This document shows, in pieces, positions 1 through 8,346 of a DNA stretch of 64,000 nt (position 1 is its first letter; every line of letters starts with the position of its first letter). The position numbers were made by a program, and so were the translations under genes. The notes beneath the pieces are model-generated. The model did not search any database and had not been told where the DNA came from. It worked only from the letters and a program-made list of their open reading frames with translations. The stretch spans positions 1,864-65,863 of the forward strand of contig JAKPGJ010000032.1 of NCBI GenBank assembly GCA_029550965.1. The letters are read 5' to 3'. This DNA is from Bacillota bacterium. GTDB lineage: Bacteria > Bacillota > Clostridia > Oscillospirales > CAG-382.

Positions 1-763
1 CCGGAACGACCTGCTCAATCGGAATCTCGGCTTCCTTGCCGTCGCGCAAAACGGTCGCGGTTTTCGGCGCCAGCCGCATCAGTTTTTTAATCGCTTCGCT
101 GGTTTTGCCTCTGGAGACGGCTTCCAGCATTTTTCCAAGCAAGATCAGGGTGATGATAACGCCGGCGATCTCGAAGTACAGCCCTTCCGCCGCCATCGGG
201 TCGCCTTTGTAAATCTGCCAGGTTGAATACAGGCTGTAAACGACGGCCGCCGAGGTTCCGGTCGCGACCAGTGAATCCATATTCGGGCTGCGCTGGAACA
301 ACGCTTTAAAGCCCACCGTGTAGAACTTATAGCCCGCCGCGACAATCGGCGCCGTCAGCGCGAGCAGAACCAGCGCGAACCGCAAAGGATGTTCCATCGG
401 GTCCAAAACCATCGGGTACGGCAGGCCGATCATATGCCCCATCGAAAGGTAGAGCAGCGGCGCGGCAAACACCGCGGAAACGATGAATTTTATCCGCAAT
501 ACGCGAATCTCTTTTTCTTTTCTGAGCTTGTCGGCGTCCGGCTTTTCGGACGCTAACACCTTGTAGCCGATGCGCTCGACGCTTTTTTGAATGTCCGTAT
601 GTTTGACCTTCTCCGGGTCGTATTCAACCGTCAGCTTCTCGGCCGCCAGGTTGACGACCGCGCTCCTGACGCCGTCGAGCCGGCCGACCACCTTTTCAAT
701 CCGGGCGGCGCAGGCGGCACAGGTCATGCCGCCGATTTTGATGACTTCTTTTATCGTTTTCAT
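1..763 (-). CDS. copA: Copper-translocating P-type ATPase, N-terminal ~254 codons (gene continues past window start)
   Basis: The gene is open at the window edge, so it is absent from the ORF track. My reverse translation from ATG (complement of 761-763) reads MKTIKEVIKIGGMTCAACAARIEKVVGRLDGV..., an HMA domain with GMTCxxC. TM helices follow, then ...GKTSEAIKKLMRLAPKTATVLRDG, typical of CopA. ATGA overlap with the csoR stop. Confidence 0.85.
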   Translation of the reverse strand, partial: MKTIKEVIKIGGMTCAACAARIEKVVGRLDGVRSAVVNLAAEKLTVEYDPEKVKHTDIQKSVERIGYKVLASEKPDADKLRKEKEIRVLRIKFIVSAVFAAPLLYLSMGHMIGLPYPMVLDPMEHPLRFALVLLALTAPIVAAGYKFYTVGFKALFQRSPNMDSLVATGTSAAVVYSLYSTWQIYKGDPMAAEGLYFEIAGVIITLILLGKMLEAVSRGKTSEAIKKLMRLAPKTATVLRDGKEAEIPIEQVVP

Positions 764-1071
764 TTTAACAACTTCCCTATCGTAGTCAGAAGCTCGTCGA
801 CGATGCCGTCGTCGCCGTCCCTGACTTTTTTTATCAGACAGCCGCGCATGTGGTTCTCCAGCACCAGCTTGCTGAGCGAATCCATCGCGGCCCGCGCCGC
901 GGCGATCTGGTTCAATATATCGTCGCAGTACGCGTCCCGCTCGACCATGCCTTTAATGCCGCGGATTTGCCCCTCGATGCGGTTCAGCCGCGTAATCAGC
1001 GTGTCTTTCAGCTTTGCGTCCCGCTCGGTGGTGCGCGACATCGCGCAGGTACAGCACTCGTTGTTTTCCAT
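760..1071 (-). CDS. csoR: CsoR-family copper-sensing transcriptional repressor
   Basis: 103 aa. LNRIEGQIRGIKGMVERDAYCDDILNQIAAARAAMDS...HMRGC matches the CsoR/RcnR family, including the Cys-His-Cys ligand pattern. It is directly coupled to copA. Confidence 0.9.
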   Translation of the reverse strand: MENNECCTCAMSRTTERDAKLKDTLITRLNRIEGQIRGIKGMVERDAYCDDILNQIAAARAAMDSLSKLVLENHMRGCLIKKVRDGDDGIVDELLTTIGKLLK

Positions 1072-1095
1072 GTTGATACCTCTTTTCAGTATACT

Positions 1096-1112
1096 ATACT
1101 CCTGTAGGGTAT
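1096..1112. promoter_or_regulatory. Candidate CsoR operator (imperfect palindrome ATACTCCTGTAGGGTAT)
   Basis: Lies 25-40 nt upstream of the csoR start, within an AT-rich region carrying TATAGT/TATACT-like -10 boxes on the minus strand. From memory it resembles the ATACCC-N-GGGGTAT operators described for Firmicute CsoR. Confidence 0.55.
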
Positions 1113-1187
1113 ATATAGTATAAAACGCCTTTTCCGTTTTGTCAATAGTTTACAATTCATTTTCGCGATGGAACGCAAAAAAAAGTT

Positions 1188-2135
1188 TTATACAGATTCC
1201 ACGCATTCTTCCGGCAGCTTGTCCGCCCGCAAGCCTTTAAAAACCGGCTGCCGCATGGAGCCTGTCCCGGTTTTCATCATGTATTGCACGGTGCAGACGA
1301 GATTCGGCTCGATCCAGACAGCGTTTTCGTTGCCGGGCGGCGTCTCCTGAAATGGCGGAAAGTCGATGGTTTTCTGTTTTGCCATGATCCGAAAATCATC
1401 ACTGGAAACGCCGAGCGTGACGTGCCCTTTGTAAATCAGCCGGCCCTCTCGGTACTGCCCGAGCACGACGCTGATAACGTTGTTCTCTTTTTCGATATAG
1501 CCGCACATCACGAAATCCGCGTCGAGCAGGTTCTTTATCTTGATCCAGTCCTTAGTCCTTTTTCCGAAAAAGTATTTGCTGTCTTTGCGCTTGGCGACGA
1601 CGCCCTCCAGCTCCTGCCGAACGGCCAGTTCATAAAACGCCTTGCCCTCTCTTTCGATAAAACGCGAAACGGACAGCCTGTCGTTCTCCTGAACAATAAG
1701 GCTGTCAAGGATTTGCTTGCGCTCCGTCAGCGGAAGCGATACGGTTTCGCGGTCGATATGATACAAAACGTCGAACGCGATAAAGGACGCGGGGAACTGC
1801 GCCGAATGCAGCTTGATTTTAAAGCTGTTCGCGGTCAGCGAGCGCTTCTGTATCTCAAAGAAGTCGGGCTTTCCATCCTTTAGAATAATGAGTTCGCCGT
1901 CCAAAATGCAGCGGGATTTTACCTGCCTGTGGATTTCCGACAGCTCGGGCACTTTTGCAAGCATGCGCATGTTCCGTTTGTTGCGCAGTTCGGTACCTGT
2001 GTTCGGGTCCAGATAGGCGATGCAGCGCTCGCCGTCCAGCTTCAGCTCGTAGATAAAATCCTCGCTGTCAAACGCTTCGGCCGTTTCGCCGATCAGCATG
2101 GGTTTTATATCCTTGGTTTCAAAAATATCCGTCAT
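1188..2135 (-). CDS. ligD: ATP-dependent DNA ligase, LigD ligase-domain-only type
   Basis: 315 aa. Adenylation motif I is ELKLDGER, followed by FIAFDVLY, EGVVAKRKDSKY and DWIKIKN motifs. There is no polymerase/primase or phosphoesterase domain. 4-nt overlap with ku. Confidence 0.9.
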   Translation of the reverse strand: MTDIFETKDIKPMLIGETAEAFDSEDFIYELKLDGERCIAYLDPNTGTELRNKRNMRMLAKVPELSEIHRQVKSRCILDGELIILKDGKPDFFEIQKRSLTANSFKIKLHSAQFPASFIAFDVLYHIDRETVSLPLTERKQILDSLIVQENDRLSVSRFIEREGKAFYELAVRQELEGVVAKRKDSKYFFGKRTKDWIKIKNLLDADFVMCGYIEKENNVISVVLGQYREGRLIYKGHVTLGVSSDDFRIMAKQKTIDFPPFQETPPGNENAVWIEPNLVCTVQYMMKTGTGSMRQPVFKGLRADKLPEECVESV

Positions 2136-2914
2136 GCCTGTTTTCTCTCAGTTTGGTTCTTTGCCTGTTCGATGCTCGCTTTCAAAGCGTCCATCAGGTT
2201 GACGATGCCGCTCTTGGGTTCGGATTTCGGGGATATCATTTCCCTGCCGGAGATTTTCGACTCGATCAGCTGGCGCAGCTTTACCTGATACTCGTCGGAA
2301 TACTTCGACGGGTCAAAAGGCGTCGCCATAGCGTTTATCAGCATTTTCGCCATGTTCAGCTCCTGCTCGTCAACCTGCGGCTTCGCGTAGTTTTTTTGCA
2401 GTTCTTTGATGTCGTCCTGATAATGCATTGTGGAAACCAGCATTCCGTCCTCGCGCGGGATGATTGCCATCAGGGTGTCTTTGGTGCCCAAAACGGTTTT
2501 CCCGATGGCGATTTTCTGCTCGGACATCAGCGCCTGCCGCAGAAGCTCGAACGCCTTTTCCCCGCCCGGTTCCGGGATTGCCTGGTAGGTCTTTTCGTAA
2601 TAGACCGGCGATATCTGATTGAGCTGCGCGAAATGGAGGATTTGCACAGACTTTTCTTTCTCGGTCTTGATCTTCTCGATTTCCTCGTCGGTGACGATGA
2701 CGTAGTGGTCCTTGTCGTACTCGTACCCTTTGACGATGTCCGCGTTCGTCAGTTCTTTTCCGCAGTGCGCGCAAACCTTTTTATACCGGATGCGCTCGTT
2801 GTCCTCCTTGTGAAGCTGGTTGAAGTGAATGTCGTTATCCTGCGTCGCCGTATATAAAGCGACCGGGATTGCGACCAGTCCGAAGGAAATCACCGTTTTA
2901 TGCGCGACCGCCAT
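2132..2914 (-). CDS. ku: Ku protein (non-homologous end joining)
   Basis: 260 aa. The N-terminus ISFGLVAIPVALYTAT...IHFNQLHKEDNERIRYKKVCAHCGKEL...IVKGYEY is the bacterial Ku signature. A GGAAGGGA SD lies upstream. Confidence 0.92.
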   Translation of the reverse strand: MAVAHKTVISFGLVAIPVALYTATQDNDIHFNQLHKEDNERIRYKKVCAHCGKELTNADIVKGYEYDKDHYVIVTDEEIEKIKTEKEKSVQILHFAQLNQISPVYYEKTYQAIPEPGGEKAFELLRQALMSEQKIAIGKTVLGTKDTLMAIIPREDGMLVSTMHYQDDIKELQKNYAKPQVDEQELNMAKMLINAMATPFDPSKYSDEYQVKLRQLIESKISGREMISPKSEPKSGIVNLMDALKASIEQAKNQTERKQA

Positions 2915-2980
2915 TTTTACACATCCCTTCCGGAAAATTCCGGTTTTAGTATTTCCCCGCCGTTCTAAAACATACGCCGC

Positions 2981-3157
2981 TTACGCGCCGCTATCGTTTG
3001 TTTTGCTTGCGGTCTGCGCTCTCCTCATAAAGTATTTCGCGTAAACGTCGCTTATTTTCTTTAAGATTTCTTTGGCTTCCTCGTCGCTTGTCACGCAGAA
3101 ATCGTCGCATACGGTAATTTTCGTGTTGCCTTCGTAATACTCCCTGATTACGGCCAA
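2981..3157 (-). CDS. Small orphan ORF (58 aa, TTG start), possibly first gene of the ku-ligD transcript
   Basis: Not in the ORF track (below cutoff). My translation is LAVIREYYEGNTKITVCDDFCVTSDEEAKEILKKISDVYAKYFMRRAQTASKTNDSGA. The SD is weak (GAAGGGA about 12 nt upstream). No family recognised. Confidence 0.25.
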   Translation of the reverse strand: MAVIREYYEGNTKITVCDDFCVTSDEEAKEILKKISDVYAKYFMRRAQTASKTNDSGA

Positions 3158-3202
3158 GTCAATACCATCCCTTCACCGGATATTGTTTTCCTTTTCTATT
3201 TT

Positions 3203-3676
3203 GTGTCGCAATGCAGGAAGATGTTACCGGATTTCGCAATTCTTTACTTATATGACCTATGTCCGCACGAGATGGCGCATATGGAGATTGTAAGCGCCAT
3301 CCTTTATCAGCTTACCAGAAACCTGACAATGGAGCAGATAAAGGAAAGCGGTTTTGACACCTACTTTGTTGACCACACCACCGGAATCTACCCGGTATCG
3401 GCAGCCGGCGTTCCCTTCTCTGCGAAATACTTCCAATCCAAGGGCGATGCCATCACAGACATCAACGAAGACCTTGCGGCCGAGCAAAAAGCAAGAACGA
3501 CTTACGACAACATACTCCGTCTCTCAGACGACCCGGATGTCAACGACGTAATCAAGTTCCTGCGCGCCCGCGAGATTGTGCATTATCAGCGTTTCGGCGA
3601 CGCTCTGCGCGTCATTCAGGACAACCTGGATTACAAAAACTTCTACGGCTGGAACCCGGAATTTGATAAACGCTAA
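3203..3676 (+). pseudogene. cotJC: Manganese-catalase family / CotJC-like gene, apparently 5'-truncated
   Basis: From HEMAHMEIV onward it matches CotJC-type Mn-catalase (EExxH, AAEQKAR, REIVHYQRF motifs). The first metal-binding helix (about 50-60 aa in full-length CotJC, about 189 aa) is missing. No credible SD precedes any candidate start. No cotJA or cotJB lies upstream. Confidence 0.55.
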
Positions 3677-3795
3677 ACAAAAAGCTCCAAGCGGAACCTT
3701 TTTTGGCTCCATGCGGAGCTTTATTCTTTTTTCACTCGGCTTTTTAGCTTAATTATTCCGTCTTATCCGCGATATATCATATGGGAAAATCTACA

Positions 3796-3845
3796 TACGA
3801 TAGGGCGGTAGCCTATCGTATACGATAGGGCGGCAGTCCATCGCA
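3796..3845. repeat. Two tandem 25-bp units, each a hairpin (TACGATAGGGCGGTAGCCTATCGTA / TACGATAGGGCGGCAGTCCATCGCA)
   Basis: Read directly from the sequence. Unit 1 has a perfect 9-bp stem (TACGATAGG / CCTATCGTA). Unit 2 differs at 4 positions. Confidence 0.8.
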
Positions 3846-4011
3846 TGAACCGGAGCAAAGGCAGAATATGCCTTTTTGTTATAGAACTGACTTTTTCCTG
3901 CCATACTATTCATTATGCCGATATTTTTATATAATTTTGAAAAAACGGCATATTTTGCGAAATTAGTTAAGCATGCACATTTTTTCTATTGAAATTTGTG
4001 AAAATTGCACC

Positions 4012-4039
4012 TTGTATTTCGAAACGAACAGGCTATAAT
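4012..4039 (+). promoter_or_regulatory. Candidate sigma-A promoter of the V-ATPase operon (TTGTAT-16 nt-TATAAT)
   Basis: The -35 box is at 4012-4017 and the -10 box at 4034-4039, about 20 nt upstream of the first operon gene. Confidence 0.5.
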
Positions 4040-4060
4040 TAAGCTATAACTGAACAGGCG

Positions 4061-4384
4061 GTGAGCACTTTGAACTATATACTCAAAAGCATTCTTGATT
4101 TTGACAAAAAAGCAAGGCTGAAAAGAGAAGAAGCCGAAAAATACCTGAATGAGATTTACAATAAAGTCGAAATCGAGAAAAGAGAACTGGAAAAAGCAGA
4201 GCTTGAAAACGCTAAGTTAAAACTAAAAGACATCGAGGAAGGCTTTAAAAAAGGCGCCGAAAAGCGGCTGCAGCAGATACAGCAGAAAAACGACGAGGTT
4301 TTGGCGGAACTGTACGACAAGCGGAACGGGATGTTCGACGCCTGGGTCGAGGAAATGTATAAGCGGGTTTTAGCGGACGGCTAA
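4061..4384 (+). CDS. V-type ATPase peripheral-stalk G/H-like coiled-coil subunit
   Basis: 107 aa, GTG start. Highly charged, heptad-rich K/E sequence. It is the first gene of the V-ATPase operon. The assignment rests on position and composition only. Confidence 0.6.
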   Translation: MSTLNYILKSILDFDKKARLKREEAEKYLNEIYNKVEIEKRELEKAELENAKLKLKDIEEGFKKGAEKRLQQIQQKNDEVLAELYDKRNGMFDAWVEEMYKRVLADG

Positions 4385-4418
4385 ACAAACAACGCTGATG
4401 GAAGGAACGGTAATTTAA

Positions 4419-5480
4419 GTGAACGGGCTTTCTTCAAACGCAATACTCGCCAAATCGCGCGCGATGTATGGAAAAAGGCTTACCGCCCAGCATTACAACG
4501 ACCTTCTGAACTGCAAAAGCGTATCGGAAGTCGCCGGCTATCTGAAAAACCGCACGGTTTACGCGCCGATTTTCGAAGGCGTCAACGTTACCGCAATTCA
4601 CCGCGGGCAGCTTGAACTTCTGCTGAAAAAATACGCTTACAGGCAGTTCGAGACGCTGTGCAAATACGAGCTTGCCATCGGGCAGGGTTTTTATAAATAC
4701 TTCATCCTGCGCAACGACATCGACATGATCCTCACCTGCGTCAGACTGCTTTATTCCGGAAATCCGGAGAACTACTTATTATATATGCCTGTTTTCTTCG
4801 ACGAGCATACCAAGCTGAACCAGTCCAAACTCGCGAAGGTGCGCTCGATACAGGATTTGTTCAAAGCCTTGGACGGAACCGAGTACAAAGCGGTGATCGC
4901 CCCGTTTGTCGAGCACTTCGACGCCACGATGGGAAAGCTGGACATCGAAGCCGCGCTGACGCGCTATAAGTTTGAGACGCTCAAAAAAATCACCGAGAAG
5001 GATTTTAAAGGAAAAAAAGCGAAGGACATCATCGAAGTTTTCGCAATTCAGAACGACATAAGAGTGATCGTCAACATCTACCGTTTTAAGAAGATGATCG
5101 GGGGCGGAAAAGAAAGCCTGCGGCAGTTTATTCTGCCCGAGGTTAGCCGTATTCCCGCAAAGCATTGGAATAGGATTATCGAAGCCGCCGACGAGAAAGA
5201 AGTGCTCGCTTCCCTGAAAAACACGGTTTACGGGAAGGCGCTGAAGGCAAACGATCTGGATTACTTTGAGGACGTCGCGCAGCGGTATTTATACCGCTGG
5301 TTCCTCAAAACCCTTCGCTTTTCTACCAATCCGACCGTCGTTATGTTTTGCTATGTTTACCTGCTTGAGAACGAAATCCGAAACATCACGCATATCATCG
5401 AGGGCATCCGATACGGCGTTCCCGCAGCCGACATCAAGGAAATGCTGATCGGCGCATATGATTCGAGCGTATCGCGTTGA
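4419..5480 (+). CDS. ntpC: V-type ATP synthase subunit C (eukaryotic d homolog)
   Basis: 353 aa, GTG start after a GGAAGGA SD. Size, sequence character and operon context are typical of bacterial V-type subunit C. Confidence 0.85.
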   Translation: MNGLSSNAILAKSRAMYGKRLTAQHYNDLLNCKSVSEVAGYLKNRTVYAPIFEGVNVTAIHRGQLELLLKKYAYRQFETLCKYELAIGQGFYKYFILRNDIDMILTCVRLLYSGNPENYLLYMPVFFDEHTKLNQSKLAKVRSIQDLFKALDGTEYKAVIAPFVEHFDATMGKLDIEAALTRYKFETLKKITEKDFKGKKAKDIIEVFAIQNDIRVIVNIYRFKKMIGGGKESLRQFILPEVSRIPAKHWNRIIEAADEKEVLASLKNTVYGKALKANDLDYFEDVAQRYLYRWFLKTLRFSTNPTVVMFCYVYLLENEIRNITHIIEGIRYGVPAADIKEMLIGAYDSSVSR

Positions 5481-5517
5481 CAATAATAACTCCGCCACCG
5501 ATTGGAGGTAAGTACGT

Positions 5518-7446
5518 TTGGCAATCGCAAAAGTGATGCTTGTCAAAGCATCGGGAAAACTCAGTGAACTCGACAAGTTTATAGCGGCCTGCCGGAAGAG
5601 CGGAGAATTTCATCCGGAGAATACCTGCCGGTATCTATCGGGTTCTATGGGATTCGCTCCTCCGAACGATAGCAATCCCTATTCTTCAACTCTTCAGAAA
5701 ATCGAGGAGCTTGCGGCCATATCCGGTTTTCAGCTGACGCAGACAAACTGGGACGAAGCGCATACGCCTTACGACGAGAACGTAACCGCGTATATCGACG
5801 AGATAAGCGCAAAGCTGGATTCTTTGTATTCGGACAGAAAGCTGTTACAAGAACACCTCAACGAATGCGAAAACGGCATCGCTCAGTTTCAGCATTTTAT
5901 CGGGCTGGACGTTCCAATCGAGGAAACGTTAAGCTGCGAGTTCGTCTCCGTCCGATACGGCCGTCTGCCCAAGGAACAGATGATCAAACTGAAAGCGTAC
6001 GAGAACAATCCTTACGTTTTGTTTATTCCCTGTTCCAGCGACGAACACAACATCTGGGGCGTTTACTTCGCGCCGAAGGACAAAGCGGACGAAGTGGACC
6101 GAATATTCACTTTTATGTTTTTTGAGCGGAGACGCATACCGAATGTCGTCGGCACGCCGACGGAGATTTTGACCAAACTGCAGGAAAACGTCGACCTGCT
6201 CAAACAGCAGATCGAAGCGGTCGACGCGGACATCGCCAAATTTTGGAACGAAAACAGCAGCAAATGCAACGAGGTTTACTCAAGGCTGAAATGGTTAAGC
6301 GAAAGTTTTGAAATGCGGCAGTTCGCAGCTGTTAAAAACGGGCAGTTTTACTATATTCTCTGGATCCTGAAGAGCAACCTGAAGAAATTCAAGAGCCTGA
6401 TCGACGAAATCGGAGACATTACCTGCGAAATCAGCGAGTACGACGAAACGGGGCGCATTGTGCCGCCGGTGAAGCTGAAAAACAACAGTTTTTTTAAATC
6501 CTTCGAGTCCTTTGTATCGATGTACGGGCTACCCTCTTACAAAGATATAGATGTTACGAGCTTCGTCGCCGTCACCTATACCCTGATCTTCGGCATTATG
6601 TTCGCGGATCTGGGACAGGGGATAGTCCTCGCATTGGCTGGGTTGATTCTGTTTCACTGGAAAAAAATCCAGTTCGGAAAACTGCTCACGATATGCGGAT
6701 TGTCTTCCATGTTCTTCGGCCTGATGTTCGGTTCGTTCTTCGGGTTTGAGCATTTGTTGGACCCGCTGTACAGCGCGGTCGGACTGAACGGAAAACCGCT
6801 GCACGTTATGGAGTCGATCAATACGGTGCTTCTGATCGGCATCGGCATCGGCGTCGCGCTGCTGATCGCTTCCATGTTTTTAAACGTGATTGTCTGCTTC
6901 AAGCGGAAAGCCTACGGCGAAGCATTGTTTGACAACAACGGGCTAACCGGTATTCTTGTGTACATCGCCGGCGTACTGGCGGTCTACAGCTTTATGACCG
7001 GAGAATCGGTCGTATCCGGCGGCGTTATCCTGACGGTAATCCTGATTGGCGTCGTAATCTTCTTCTTCAAAGAGCCGATCATAAAACTTGTGGACAGAGA
7101 GCCGGACTGGAAACCGGAAAAACTGTCGGATTACATCATGCAGAACGTCTTTGAAGTGTTCGAGTATTTCCTCTCGTACTTCAGCAATACCGTATCCTTC
7201 CTCCGAGTCGGCGCGTTCGTGCTGGTTCACGCGGGAATGATGATGGTCGTCTTCTCGCTTGCGGGAGACAGCGAGAACCTGATTGTCATCGCGCTGGGCA
7301 ACATCTTCGTAATCGCGCTCGAGGGCCTTTTGTCCGGTATTCAGGTGTTAAGGCTTGAGTTTTACGAAATGTTCAGCCGCTGCTACGACGGCGGCGGACG
7401 CCCGTTCATCAGCGCGGAACAGGCCGTCAGCCAAAGAGCGAAATAA
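5518..7446 (+). CDS. ntpI: V-type ATP synthase subunit I (a-subunit, stator/proton channel)
   Basis: 642 aa, TTG start after GGAGG. It has a soluble N-terminal half and a polytopic C-terminal half with the conserved ...SYLRVGAFVLVHAGM... / RLEFYE region. Confidence 0.92.
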   Translation: MAIAKVMLVKASGKLSELDKFIAACRKSGEFHPENTCRYLSGSMGFAPPNDSNPYSSTLQKIEELAAISGFQLTQTNWDEAHTPYDENVTAYIDEISAKLDSLYSDRKLLQEHLNECENGIAQFQHFIGLDVPIEETLSCEFVSVRYGRLPKEQMIKLKAYENNPYVLFIPCSSDEHNIWGVYFAPKDKADEVDRIFTFMFFERRRIPNVVGTPTEILTKLQENVDLLKQQIEAVDADIAKFWNENSSKCNEVYSRLKWLSESFEMRQFAAVKNGQFYYILWILKSNLKKFKSLIDEIGDITCEISEYDETGRIVPPVKLKNNSFFKSFESFVSMYGLPSYKDIDVTSFVAVTYTLIFGIMFADLGQGIVLALAGLILFHWKKIQFGKLLTICGLSSMFFGLMFGSFFGFEHLLDPLYSAVGLNGKPLHVMESINTVLLIGIGIGVALLIASMFLNVIVCFKRKAYGEALFDNNGLTGILVYIAGVLAVYSFMTGESVVSGGVILTVILIGVVIFFFKEPIIKLVDREPDWKPEKLSDYIMQNVFEVFEYFLSYFSNTVSFLRVGAFVLVHAGMMMVVFSLAGDSENLIVIALGNIFVIALEGLLSGIQVLRLEFYEMFSRCYDGGGRPFISAEQAVSQRAK

Positions 7447-7486
7447 GTACAAACTTTAATGCGTTATATATTTCTGGAGGCAATAT

Positions 7487-7936
7487 ATGAAAACCTTATT
7501 CTTCTTTCTATTAACCGTTTTTCCCATTCTTGCAATCGGATCGGTTGCCTTCTATTCATACAGAAAGAAGGTTCAGGGCAAATCGATGAAAAAGATATTG
7601 CTTGTAAACCTGATGCTTTTCCTGGCGATTCTCGCAATCGCTTCGCTGCTGACCTTCAACGTATCGGCCGCCGAAGCGGAAAACAACGAAGCGCAGGCAG
7701 AACAGACGGCAACGACGGATAACAGCAAAGGTCTCGGTCTGCTGGCAGCCGCGATTTCAACCGGTCTTGCCGGCATCGGCGGCGGCATTGCGGTCGCTGC
7801 GGGTGCGCCTGCCGCGATCGCCGCGACCAGCGAGGACCCCAAAGCGTTCGGTAAGGCGCTCATTTTCGTCGCGCTCGGCGAATCCATCGCGCTTTACGGC
7901 GTCGTTATTTCGATTCTGATTATGAACAACATCTAA
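7487..7936 (+). CDS. ntpK: V-type ATP synthase subunit K (c/proteolipid), atypical architecture
   Basis: 149 aa, with a GGAGG SD 7 nt upstream. The C-terminal 68 aa form one Gly/Ala-rich hairpin carrying the carboxylate in ALGESIALYG. The N-terminal ~80 aa is unrelated (see findings). An alternative start is ATG 7585. Confidence 0.85.
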   Translation: MKTLFFFLLTVFPILAIGSVAFYSYRKKVQGKSMKKILLVNLMLFLAILAIASLLTFNVSAAEAENNEAQAEQTATTDNSKGLGLLAAAISTGLAGIGGGIAVAAGAPAAIAATSEDPKAFGKALIFVALGESIALYGVVISILIMNNI

Positions 7937-7945
7937 CAAGGCGGT

Positions 7946-8257
7946 ATGGACATGCGGTTTTACTTAATCAGCGACAATGTGGATACCGCAGTCGGAATGC
8001 GCCTTGCCGGCATCGAAGGCGAAATTGTCCATGACTGCGACGGCGTAAAAGCCGCGCTGGACAAAGCGATTCATGCCGGCGATGTCGGCATCATCCTCAT
8101 CACTGAAAAGCTGTATAAGCTGTGCTTTGATTATATCACCGATATTAAAACCAAAGTTGCTGTCCCGCTTATTACCGAGATACCCGACCGTCACGGCAGG
8201 ACCGGCAGCAGCGCCTTTGCGGACGCGATTCGGGAAGCGATCGGCATAAAGATATAA
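7946..8257 (+). CDS. ntpF: V-type ATP synthase subunit F
   Basis: 103 aa. (MDM)RFYLISDNVDTAVGMRLAGIEG...GIILITEKL is typical of subunit F. ATG 7952 may be the real start. Confidence 0.9.
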   Translation: MDMRFYLISDNVDTAVGMRLAGIEGEIVHDCDGVKAALDKAIHAGDVGIILITEKLYKLCFDYITDIKTKVAVPLITEIPDRHGRTGSSAFADAIREAIGIKI

Positions 8258-8346
8258 GTGCCGCATCGCCGTTCCGCAAGGACCTCTTTATTACTGAACG
8301 GGCGTAAAACGCTTTTCGTTGTACGCCTGTGGAAAGGTGTTTGCAT

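Noticed and set aside
587-1123. + strand ORFs of 178, 64 and 85 aa overlapping copA/csoR
   Set aside because: The minus-strand frames encode unmistakable CopA (HMA domain) and CsoR. The + strand ORFs are shadows.
3796-3845. CRISPR-like array
   Set aside because: There are only two directly abutting units with no spacers, and no cas genes are in the window.
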